Source: Candidatus Dadabacteria bacterium
Lineage (GTDB): Bacteria > Desulfobacterota_D > UBA1144 > Nemesobacterales > CSP1-2
Reading direction: 5' to 3'
Length of the DNA: 64,000 nucleotides
Assembly (NCBI GenBank): GCA_963805855.1
Contig: CAWDVW010000007.1
Coordinates: 512,001-576,000, forward strand
The translations under genes and the position numbers were made by a program. How positions within the stretch are numbered: the first letter of the stretch is position 1; every line of letters begins with the position of its first letter. Below, one piece after another: positions 43,775-52,606 of the stretch. The notes under the pieces are model-generated. The model saw only the letters and a list, made by a program, of their open reading frames with translations, made no database searches and was not told the origin of the DNA.

Positions 43775-44291
43775 CTTTTAGGCCGATACCGCACCTTGAA
43801 CAAAAAAGATCCCCTGCGCTGTATTGCCTCCCACAATTCATACATGTTAGATATTTATTTTTATCGTTGTTCTGTTTTCGGGCTTTCAAAATTTCCTCTT
43901 CGATTTCATTTTCTTCCGGTAACTTTGACTTCCTTATTGCCGTTATCTCTTTTTCTAATTCATCTTCTAACTCCGTAGAATGTACACCTTTACCAATTTC
44001 ATCTATCTCTTTAAGTACGGACACGGCTTTTGCTTTGTAATCTCGTTTAAGTTCGTCATAATCTTCTCTCGATAGTTTTCCCAGTCCATAATCAAATTCT
44101 ATATCATTTAACGCCGTGTAAAGTAATTCCTTCTCAGAGTTAAGCTTTTTCAACTCTTTTAGAGAAGGGTTTTCAACAGGATTAGATATCTGCTCAATTG
44201 GGTTTTCTACGTCGGCGTTTTTTTTGAAGAAAGGCAAGGTTATAAAGACTGCTGTAAGAATCACTATCGCCAACAAGATAATTATTTCCAA
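43764..44291 (-). CDS. CcmI-N-like membrane protein with a C-terminal zinc ribbon
   Basis: N-terminal TM, LYTALNDIEFDYGLGKLSREDY, CMNCG...FCSRCG; downstream of ccmF. Confidence 0.75.
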   Translation of the reverse strand: MEIIILLAIVILTAVFITLPFFKKNADVENPIEQISNPVENPSLKELKKLNSEKELLYTALNDIEFDYGLGKLSREDYDELKRDYKAKAVSVLKEIDEIGKGVHSTELEDELEKEITAIRKSKLPEENEIEEEILKARKQNNDKNKYLTCMNCGRQYSAGDLFCSRCGIGLKDVS

Positions 44292-44357
44292 TTTGACATT
44301 CCTAGCTTTCTGGAACTATTCAATAATAAGGATTAAAATGGCAATGAGAGGAAATTT

Positions 44358-46358
44358 CTAAACTTCTGCCGTCATGTCCTTTGATCCTATGCTATATCTG
44401 GCAAGTACTTCCTGTTCCTTTTTGATGGGAGTAGGCCACATAATAACGATTGCCCCCAAAAGTAGAACCACGCCGCCGGCCCAAATCCACGATATCATTG
44501 GATTTATTAAAACCCTGAAGCTAGCGCTACCATCTTGAAAATTTGAAAGTATTACATAGAGGTCATGTGTAAACGAAGAAAGAATTGCAACCTCAGTTTC
44601 TTGATTAATTTCACGATTTCCGGAGTAAATATACACATTCTTTTCTGGAACTATTTCTCCGACCTTTCTCTCGCCATTAAATACTGAGAGGCTAGCGGCT
44701 GTCACATGTTTCGCATCTGTCGTATACTGGTTGATATTTCCAAACCTCAAAGTGACATCACCAACACTCATAGATTCCCCTGGCTTCAGTGTTGCCTCTT
44801 TTTGCTTAACAAAAACAGATGAGCCAGTCACACCGATCACTACCAAAACAACTCCGAGGTGGACTATGTAACCACCGTATCTCCTGCGGTTCTTGGATAC
44901 GAGTCTCCCGAAGGCTCGCAAATAATTTTCCCCTCTCCTAACCCGGACCTTCATCCCCCTGTAGTATTCTACAAACACGGTTGCGGTCACATACGCGCAC
45001 AGACCGAAGGAAATAAGAGCATAAATGTGTCTGATTCCGAAAACAAATAAGATTACAGATGTCAGAATTCCGGTTGCTACTGGAAACGTGAAATTCCTGA
45101 TTAAATTATCCTTCGACGCCTTCCTCCAGGAAATTAGCGGACCAATTCCCATCAGAAGTATCAATACTAAGCCGATCGGAACGTTCACCTTATTAAAATA
45201 CGGGGGACCGACAAGAATCTTGTTCCGCGTGACTAGTTCGGATATGAGTGGGAATATTGTTCCCAGAAATACGGTAAAAGCAGCGCCCAGAAAAAGAAGG
45301 TTATTAAATATGAAAGCGCTCTCTCTAGATAAAATGGAGTCGAAATGATTATCGCTTTTAAGATCATCTAATCTAAGAATAAACATGGCAAATGAGAAAA
45401 TAAGTATGAAACCTATAAAACCTAAGAAATAGGGACCAATGTCTGACTGGGCAAACGAATGAACCGAGGAAAGTATCCCGCTTCTGGTAACAAAGGTGCC
45501 AAATATTGCCAGGAAAAACGTTAGTATTATCAGCGATAAATTCCACTTTTTTAGCATTCCTCTTTTTTCTTGAATCATTACCGAGTGAACAAACGCCGTT
45601 CCGACAAGCCATGGCATAAATGCGGCATTCTCCACGGGATCCCATGCCCAGTAACCACCCCAACCTAATTCCAAGTAAGCCCACCTTGCACCCAGCAACA
45701 AACCAAGGCTTAAGAATGTCCATGCAAGCAGTGCCCATTTTCTAGATTGTCTTATCCACTCGTCATCCAACTTGCCGCTCAGAAGGGCGCCCATCCCAAA
45801 TGCAAAGGGTACCGTGACTCCAACATAACCAAGGTATAAGGTTAGAGGATGAATGGCCATATAGCCATTCTGCAGAATCGGGTTTAGCCCCCGTCCCTCT
45901 TCAGCGACGAAGGGTAGCTTTTCGAAAGGACTCTCAACAAAGGCTACAAGAAATATGAAGAAGGCCGAAACAGCAGCGAGTGTCGCGAGGACATATGGTG
46001 TGAACCTGCTTCGTCGCCTGTTCTGAAGCACTACAAGGGATGTATATATTGAGAGTATTAGGCACCATAGAAGCAGGGATCCAGCCTGGCCCGCCCACAA
46101 TGCGGTTATCCTGTAAATGGTAGACAGATCGCTACTTGCGTTTAAGGCGACATATTTAAGGCTGAAATCTAGATTCAGGAGAGCATGTATCAACGAGACG
46201 GCTGCTATGATTAGAAGAAAACAGACTGCAAGTGACCCGTTCTCGGCACTTTTGATTAAATCGTTCCTTCTGGTTTTCGCTCCAACGACCGAAGCAAATA
46301 TCGCGTACACGGAGAGTATAAAAGCTAAAAATATAGAAATGCTTCCAGTTTCGACCAT
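44358..46358 (-). CDS. ccmF: Cytochrome c heme lyase CcmF
   Basis: WAGQAGSLLLW, GLNPILQ, WAYLELGWGGYWAWDPVEN, SVHSFA. Confidence 0.96.
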   Translation of the reverse strand: MVETGSISIFLAFILSVYAIFASVVGAKTRRNDLIKSAENGSLAVCFLLIIAAVSLIHALLNLDFSLKYVALNASSDLSTIYRITALWAGQAGSLLLWCLILSIYTSLVVLQNRRRSRFTPYVLATLAAVSAFFIFLVAFVESPFEKLPFVAEEGRGLNPILQNGYMAIHPLTLYLGYVGVTVPFAFGMGALLSGKLDDEWIRQSRKWALLAWTFLSLGLLLGARWAYLELGWGGYWAWDPVENAAFMPWLVGTAFVHSVMIQEKRGMLKKWNLSLIILTFFLAIFGTFVTRSGILSSVHSFAQSDIGPYFLGFIGFILIFSFAMFILRLDDLKSDNHFDSILSRESAFIFNNLLFLGAAFTVFLGTIFPLISELVTRNKILVGPPYFNKVNVPIGLVLILLMGIGPLISWRKASKDNLIRNFTFPVATGILTSVILFVFGIRHIYALISFGLCAYVTATVFVEYYRGMKVRVRRGENYLRAFGRLVSKNRRRYGGYIVHLGVVLVVIGVTGSSVFVKQKEATLKPGESMSVGDVTLRFGNINQYTTDAKHVTAASLSVFNGERKVGEIVPEKNVYIYSGNREINQETEVAILSSFTHDLYVILSNFQDGSASFRVLINPMISWIWAGGVVLLLGAIVIMWPTPIKKEQEVLARYSIGSKDMTAEV

Positions 46359-46359
46359 T

Positions 46360-46776
46360 TTATATATTTTCAGACCTTTTTAAAGAATCTGTGGATTCGT
46401 ACTTGGTGGGACATTTGGCCAACAACAAACTAGCCACAAATACGTTATCCGGCGTATATAGACCCTCAACGACCGCTTCGATGTCATCTTTAAATATATC
46501 AGGAACTATTCCCTTATACTTTACATCCAATGTTTCTTCCCCGTCCGCAATCGTAAACTCTAGACTTCCATCAATCTCATTCCTAATCGATCCGGGAACG
46601 ACCTTTCCCGAGACCCTTACTTTTTGCTGATACACTGAAGGTACCTTATCCTTCAATTCCTGAACGGTAAGATAGTAGATCATCGTATCATTGACACCAC
46701 CGTAAACGAGGTATGCTATAGCAACTGCGATCACAACGATGGCTACTATGAATTTTGTCTTTCCTTTTAGCATCAA
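46360..46776 (-). CDS. ccmE: Heme chaperone CcmE, Cys variant
   Basis: VRVSG.V.PGS, Y.G..PD.F, LLAKCPTKY (CxxxY instead of HxxxY). Confidence 0.93.
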   Translation of the reverse strand: MMLKGKTKFIVAIVVIAVAIAYLVYGGVNDTMIYYLTVQELKDKVPSVYQQKVRVSGKVVPGSIRNEIDGSLEFTIADGEETLDVKYKGIVPDIFKDDIEAVVEGLYTPDNVFVASLLLAKCPTKYESTDSLKRSENI

Positions 46777-46803
46777 TTAACCGTCCTCACTGCAATAAAT
46801 AAG

Positions 46804-46947
46804 CTACCGACCTCCTTCATTTGAATCGAGAGAAGACTCGATAGACTCTAACTGATTTTTCAAGTCATGGTTTTTTCTAATAAGATAATAAACATATAGT
46901 AAAAGTACAATCCAAAAAATTACTTGCGACCAGAAAAGATAAGACAT
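46804..46947 (-). CDS. ccmD: Heme exporter protein CcmD (47 aa, below the ORF-track cutoff)
   Basis: MSYLFWSQVIFWIVLLLYVYYLIRKNHDLKNQLESIESSLDSNEGGR: aromatic TM then a charged tail, exactly between ccmC and ccmE. Confidence 0.8.
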   Translation of the reverse strand: MSYLFWSQVIFWIVLLLYVYYLIRKNHDLKNQLESIESSLDSNEGGR

Positions 46948-46952
46948 CTGCT

Positions 46953-47612
46953 TTACCTTGCCTCCATTAATCTAAGCCTAAGGATATTATCTTTCATGAT
47001 TTCTAGTTCTACTCTATGCTTAAGTATCAACAGGAACAAAAAAGTAAAAGCTACTAGTGTAACGAGCAATGCGACCATCATCTCCGGCGCAATACCACCG
47101 CCACCGGATCCAAATACAACCGGGGAGATTCCACGCATAACTCTCGCCGAAATGTAAACAAGCGGCAAGTCTAAAAACGCGATAATCCCAAAAACAGCGG
47201 CAAATTTTGCTTTCCTTATATCATTACCCGCAGATGAACGCAGTATCATATAAACAATGTAGAGAATCCAGAGAATAAATGTAGTAGTGAGTTGCGGATC
47301 CCAAGTCCACCAAGTCCCCCAGATGGGTTTTGCCCAAATACTACCCGATACTAGTGTAAGCGTAATAAAAACCACACCTATTTCAGCGGCAGAGTAAGCC
47401 AGGATATCCCAGTTACGACTCTCTTTTCTCAGATACTGTATACTTGCAACAAATACGATTACAAATGAAATAGTGGCGACCCAAACGGTTCCCATATGGA
47501 AATAAAAAATTTTTTGGATCGGTCCCATAACCTTCTCGGTCGGCGCGTAAATAAATGAAGCATAGAGCGAACCAATCATTGATATAAAAGTCAGAGCTAA
47601 AAGAAGATTCAT
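46953..47612 (-). CDS. ccmC: Heme exporter protein CcmC
   Basis: [30 protein letters not shown] domain. Confidence 0.93.
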   Translation of the reverse strand: MNLLLALTFISMIGSLYASFIYAPTEKVMGPIQKIFYFHMGTVWVATISFVIVFVASIQYLRKESRNWDILAYSAAEIGVVFITLTLVSGSIWAKPIWGTWWTWDPQLTTTFILWILYIVYMILRSSAGNDIRKAKFAAVFGIIAFLDLPLVYISARVMRGISPVVFGSGGGGIAPEMMVALLVTLVAFTFLFLLILKHRVELEIMKDNILRLRLMEAR

Positions 47613-48267
47613 GATTAACCCGAGTAAAATCTATATTTATTCAATCTTTTCCTGCTACAAACTCAAAGACTCCAGACCAGATTTCGAATCAATTATATCG
47701 GATGTCATTACAACTTGCAAAGCACAACCCGAATACTCTACTGAACTTCCATCCCGCGCCCATGAACCCGACCTAATTAAGCCGATCATAGATGGCATAG
47801 TCAGAAGGAATAGCAAAATGCGAACTGGTGCTTCAGACAGTTTCGTAATTACGTGAACAGCCATCGCTTCAATAGTGCACGAATAAATAACTGGGATAAA
47901 AATGACACTCAGCTTATTATTCCCTCTCATCATCAGTTCACTCCTAGAAACAACAGCAAATTTCATACCAATATAATATGAACGTCTTCCCAATGTCTTA
48001 GCTGGATACGAATCGGCTTTAATCTGCAAACCTAACTTATTCAACTGTTCCAAAGAGTGATAGGTCATATAGATCATACCTTTTACTCATAGGAAAGGTT
48101 TCTGATATCTTCGAGCTCCATATCAATGATACCCGGGGCCTCAATGGCTTTATCCTCTCCAGTAGTCTGGTAACCCTTGATGAGAGCTTTATGGAAAATT
48201 AGAAGTAGCGGTCGTCAATTTTCTTCTCAAAGTACTCTCCTACTTTTTATGGCTTTGTCAGCCATTA

Positions 48268-48286
48268 ATGTCAGTTTATTTGACAT
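48268..48286. promoter_or_regulatory. Inverted repeat ATGTCA-N7-TGACAT, putative transcription-factor site
   Basis: Perfect 6-bp arms with extra TGTCAG (48256) and CTGACA (48287) half-sites, in the divergent intergenic region. Confidence 0.4.
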
Positions 48287-48383
48287 CTGACAGCTTGACG
48301 CCACGCCTGTATCGTAACATACACAAATCATTATAAACATTAGGCCTCCGTTCGATTCGAGTCTATTATATTCTATCATAAGA

Positions 48384-48425
48384 ATTCATATATGTCTTGA
48401 CATATATGAATCTGCATTGTATAAT
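48384..48425 (+). promoter_or_regulatory. Consensus sigma70 promoter overlapped by a perfect 13-2-13 palindrome
   Basis: TTGACA (48397-48402)-N17-TATAAT (48420-48425); ATTCATATATGTC-TT-GACATATATGAAT (48384-48411). Confidence 0.8.
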
Positions 48426-48474
48426 TCGTTCATATCTGCATAAGCGAATATGATATAAGGGAGGGATAAATAAG

Positions 48475-48795
48475 GTGGTACAAATTATGAAAGGTATTGC
48501 TGCTGTTATATTTATCGCATTGTTGGCTCCTTACGCCGTTGGTGCAATGCTTATTGCCCTTTTAGGCATGATAGTCATTATTGTTTACTTCGGGGTAGAA
48601 GCTATCTCAATATCGAAACGACTAGTAATGAAAACCTTTTTCTGCCCCTTTAAAAGAAAGGTTGTGTCAGCGAAATTCGAGCCCAGTATCTTCACTTTTC
48701 GGCAATACGATGATGTTACTCAGTGTTCGGCATTTAATAGCGGCAAAGTCAGATGCAAAAAGAAGTGCTTGGATCTTCCGCAACTCAGCGCGTAA
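48475..48795 (+). CDS. Hypothetical 2-TM protein with a C-terminal 4-Cys domain
   Basis: Consensus promoter and AAGGAGG RBS; FFCPF...VTQCSAF...VRCKKKCL. Confidence 0.75.
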   Translation: MVQIMKGIAAVIFIALLAPYAVGAMLIALLGMIVIIVYFGVEAISISKRLVMKTFFCPFKRKVVSAKFEPSIFTFRQYDDVTQCSAFNSGKVRCKKKCLDLPQLSA

Positions 48796-49569
48796 ATGAA
48801 GGCGAAAGCACATTGGGCAGTATTGGGGTGGATTTTAAAATAGATTTTTATGATTAATTCGCTCCGCGGAGGGTATAATCATATCTGAAGGCCACCGATG
48901 GATAAGGTCTTAGCATATTTTTTTTGATCACTCGCGCCAGATAACGGTGCCACTTATTTGAGCGACGTAATTCCTTTTTCTAGTATATTACACTTACCTG
49001 CTTGGCTAATTTCATGACGATCAATCAGCTGTTTCTAGTGTAGAATCGGGAACATTGAATTCGTTAAATCCGACATAATCTATCTGCCGAGCCTTAATAA
49101 TACAGCCCATTGCAATAACAATTTTCCCCACGAAGAGGAGGTTTGGATAACGTCTAAGACGAGATGAAATGAGAATAAAAGGAATTAATTTCACCACCTG
49201 TTGTGCTTAGACGTATTTATGTGATTGAAATGTTGGAGTTGTAAAATGTCCTAAAATCTTACACCACAAAGAAGGAGTTATTGACAAGGAATAAGCCGAT
49301 CATCTATAAATTTGCCAGAATTTTAACTCGAAAATCCATATTTAATTCTTTTGTCCCAATGCCCAGCCAAATCTATGAAGTTCATAGCCAATAACTACAG
49401 GAAATCCCTATTCTAACAAACCCACTTTTACCACAATTCTCTTGATATATTTTTAGGTTCCACTTAGATCGTAACTGCGCTTCTGGAATGAATGAGCCAT
49501 CTCATTGGCCTTATTTTTGCACGTATGTCATAAAAATTGAAAATTAATTGTTCATGTGGCGCTCTATAA

Positions 49570-51534
49570 ATGTTTAGCAAAGCCAAGTCTGAGAACCCCA
49601 CTCATCCAAAGAAGGCTGCTTTAATCGGAAATCCTAATGTCGGGAAAAGCTTAATTTTTGGTGCCCTTACCAAAAGATACGTTACCGTTTCAAATTATCC
49701 AGGAACAACGGTCGAGATAACCTCGGGAGAGATGAAAATCGGCTCAGAAACGATTTCTCTTATAGACACGCCCGGGGTTAATAGCCTGACGCCGACGTCG
49801 GAAGACGAAAGGGTTGTTAGAAATATTATATTCGAAGATGACATTAACTTTATAATTCAGGTTATAGATGCAAAAAACCTGGAGAGGGGTCTGTATATAA
49901 CAATTCAGGTTGCAGAAATGGGACTTCCCTTACTCATAGTTCTTAATATGATGGATGAAGCGCAACAAAGAGGAGTCGACATTAACATAGCAAATCTCTC
50001 TCATAAACTTGGGGTTCCTATCGTTCCGACTGTGGCAATCGAAAGAAAAGGAATAGAAGGAATTAAGAACGAACTTGTAAATTCGAGTATCCCTCAACTG
50101 AGAGTTCCTTACTCTCAAGCCATAGAAGGAATGTTAGCAGAAGTGAAACAAATTCTATCAAACCCTCATTTCTCAAGATTTATAGGCCTTTCTATCATAT
50201 CAGGCGACTGCAGAATGGATGAAGACATTATTAACAGAATTCCTAAAGAAAAGCTAGACTCAATTGCTGGACTTGATCCTCTCTCCAAGCTCGGCTCAAG
50301 GGAATATCCTATAAGCTATTTCATCGGTCTGAAGAGGCTTGAGCTCGCAAAAGAAATCGTTCAGAAGGTATCAACTGCCTCTTTTAAATCAGGCAACCGA
50401 ACCCTGGATCTTTTAGGACGGACATCGACTCATCCTGTATTTGGAATTCCTATATTAATTTTGATACTGTACCTCGCATATCTCTTCGTGGGAAAACTGG
50501 GGGCAGGAACATTCGTTGATTTCTTGGAGGTAACCGTCTTTGAAGGATATATAAACCCCTTTTTTAAAATAGTCATACCCAAAATTATTCCCTTCAAGAT
50601 ACTGATTGATTTTCTGGTAGGTGATTTTGGAATAATTACTATGGCGCTGACATACTCACTTGCAATCATTTTTCCGGTAATCTGCACATTTTTCATCTTT
50701 TTTAGTATCCTCGAAGATTCCGGATACCTCCCAAGGCTGGCCATTATGGTTGACAGGGTGTTTAAGTTAATGGGGCTAAATGGAAAAGTTGTACTCCCGA
50801 TGGTACTGGGGCTGGGATGTGACACAATGGCAACCCTTACCACGAGGATGCTCGAGACGAAAAAAGAAAGGCTAATTGTGATATTTCTTCTGGCTGTAGG
50901 AATCCCGTGTTCGGCCCAGCTCGCTGTGGTATTTGCTATGGCCTCTACTCTACCTCCGTGGGGTATTTTCTTTTGGGGAGTAGAAATTTGTGTTGTTCTT
51001 TTCGCAGTTGGCTTCCTCGCTTCTTACTTTGTAAAAGGAGAAAGCCGAGACCTTATTATTGAGGTTCCGCCCATAAGGATTCCACAAATCGGCAACGTAA
51101 TCGTTAAGACTATTGCGCGGCTTGAATGGTATTTGAAAGAAGCGGTCCCGCTCTTTATCTTGGGAACGATAATACTTTTTGTCTTGGATAGGCTCAAGGT
51201 TCTTGGATTTTTACAGAATCTGGCTTCACCGATCGTAGTAAAATTTCTTGACCTTCCTAAAGAGGCCACTAATGCCTTTTTAATCGGATTCCTGAGAAGA
51301 GACTATGGTGCTGCCGGCCTTTTCGATCTTCAACAGAGTGGATATTTGAGCAGCCATCAGGTTTTGGTAAGTCTTGTCACGATTACGCTATTTGTCCCCT
51401 GTGTTGCCAATTTTCTAATAATTATAAAGGAACAAGGGCTCAGAACCGCCCTTATTATAGTTGGGATAGTTCTTTTCATAGCCATTATTGTAGGAGGTAT
51501 GACGAATTGGATACTGTGGAGCCTCGGAATCTAA
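49570..51534 (+). CDS. feoB: Ferrous iron transporter FeoB
   Basis: GNPNVGKS, VSNYPGTTVE, DTPG, NMMD, LEDSGYLPR, gate cysteines (GLGC, IPCSAQ, VPCVA). Confidence 0.95.
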   Translation: MFSKAKSENPTHPKKAALIGNPNVGKSLIFGALTKRYVTVSNYPGTTVEITSGEMKIGSETISLIDTPGVNSLTPTSEDERVVRNIIFEDDINFIIQVIDAKNLERGLYITIQVAEMGLPLLIVLNMMDEAQQRGVDINIANLSHKLGVPIVPTVAIERKGIEGIKNELVNSSIPQLRVPYSQAIEGMLAEVKQILSNPHFSRFIGLSIISGDCRMDEDIINRIPKEKLDSIAGLDPLSKLGSREYPISYFIGLKRLELAKEIVQKVSTASFKSGNRTLDLLGRTSTHPVFGIPILILILYLAYLFVGKLGAGTFVDFLEVTVFEGYINPFFKIVIPKIIPFKILIDFLVGDFGIITMALTYSLAIIFPVICTFFIFFSILEDSGYLPRLAIMVDRVFKLMGLNGKVVLPMVLGLGCDTMATLTTRMLETKKERLIVIFLLAVGIPCSAQLAVVFAMASTLPPWGIFFWGVEICVVLFAVGFLASYFVKGESRDLIIEVPPIRIPQIGNVIVKTIARLEWYLKEAVPLFILGTIILFVLDRLKVLGFLQNLASPIVVKFLDLPKEATNAFLIGFLRRDYGAAGLFDLQQSGYLSSHQVLVSLVTITLFVPCVANFLIIIKEQGLRTALIIVGIVLFIAIIVGGMTNWILWSLGI

Positions 51535-51719
51535 TCTCCTGCCCGTTGTGTGGAGAGGAATTTCATAGGGAGGAGGGAACCGAAAAGTGTATAAGTTGCC
51601 CTATAAGTATAGGAGACTGCCTGTTGATCTGCTGCCCGAGATGTGGATATTCCTTCCCCCAGGAGTCAAAACTTATCCTGTGGCTAAAGAAAATCTTTAA
51701 ACCAGAGGGAAGAGCATGA
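51507..51719 (+). CDS. Small Cys-rich FeoB-associated protein
   Basis: CPLCG...CISCP...C...CCPRCGY; overlaps the feoB stop and the next start (ATGA). Confidence 0.78.
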   Translation: MDTVEPRNLISCPLCGEEFHREEGTEKCISCPISIGDCLLICCPRCGYSFPQESKLILWLKKIFKPEGRA

Positions 51720-52372
51720 AATACGATGAAGAAAGCGATGAACTGCTTGAGCTTATCTGGAAGCTCAGGGAAGAAAGCATCCAAGACGAAGAAACAATCT
51801 ACAAAAGGTCTTGGAACAAAGACGTGAAAAAAGCTATGACATGTGCTCTGGACGCGAATCTTTTAAGTAAGAGTGACGGCAAAATCAACCTTACCACAAC
51901 CGGCGAAGCGAGGGCAAAAATGATAGTCAGGCGCCACCGTCTCGCCGAGAAGCTTCTTAAAGATATACTCCGGGTAGGGTCCATTGAAATGGACTCTACA
52001 GCCTGTGAGCTTGAACATATTCTTGGTCCCGAGGTCACGGAATCTATTTGTGCTTTCCTTGGACATCCCAGGTTTTGTCCACATGGAAAACCGATTCCTC
52101 TAGGAGAATGCTGCGGAATTCTTAAAGAAGAAACTAAGGAATTTGTCGTTCCACTCGCGAAAATAATCCCCGGAGATAGGGCAAAGATAATCTTTTTGGT
52201 ACCCAGGCACCATATAAGATTGCATCAACTTACCAACCTGGGAATCATTCCCGGAGCTGAAATCGTCCTTCACCAAAAACAACCTGCATATGTATTAAGA
52301 GCAGGAGAGACAGATATTGCCATAGATGATGAAATTGCGAGACATATATACGTAAGGAAGGTTTCGACTTAG
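51716..52372 (+). CDS. DtxR/MntR-family metal-dependent regulator with a C-terminal FeoA domain
   Basis: RRHRLAE, ACELEH, LGHPRFCPHGKPIP, FeoA-like LTNLGIIPG. Confidence 0.88.
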   Translation: MKYDEESDELLELIWKLREESIQDEETIYKRSWNKDVKKAMTCALDANLLSKSDGKINLTTTGEARAKMIVRRHRLAEKLLKDILRVGSIEMDSTACELEHILGPEVTESICAFLGHPRFCPHGKPIPLGECCGILKEETKEFVVPLAKIIPGDRAKIIFLVPRHHIRLHQLTNLGIIPGAEIVLHQKQPAYVLRAGETDIAIDDEIARHIYVRKVST

Positions 52373-52466
52373 ATCCATTGGCTACCAAATTCTAGAGGAA
52401 TTTGAAAAAACTAACTGAGTTTTTTCGTTTAAAGCATTGTTAGATAAAAAATATGCCGATCTATTA

Positions 52467-52482
52467 TGGCACATTTATTGCA
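52467..52482 (+). promoter_or_regulatory. sigma54 (-24/-12) promoter of the multiheme cytochrome cluster
   Basis: TGGCAC-ATTTA-TTGCA with exact GG-N10-GC spacing, about 125 nt upstream of ATG 52607. Confidence 0.75.
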
Positions 52483-52606
52483 CTAACTTTAAACAAAGGA
52501 GCGATTTTCCAACATAAAAATTTTAAAAACGTTGTTACCCGTGAAAAAAATACTACAAGAAAAAGAGGTGGTAATTATTTTTTCATATCGTGAAACGGAG
52601 TAAGGT

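Noticed and set aside
47655-48077. 140-aa ORF upstream of ccmC as a possible ccmA or ccmB
   Set aside because: No Walker motifs and no CcmB-like TM pattern.
49530-49556. Fur-box-like AT-rich stretch before feoB
   Set aside because: Does not fit 7-1-7 spacing without a gap, in an AT-rich background.
48800-49569. Metal-sensing riboswitch (NiCo/czcD or yybP-ykoY) upstream of feoB; a 9-bp inverted repeat at 49150-49158/49206-49214
   Set aside because: I could not see the conserved riboswitch cores, and an isolated 9-bp repeat is too weak to call.
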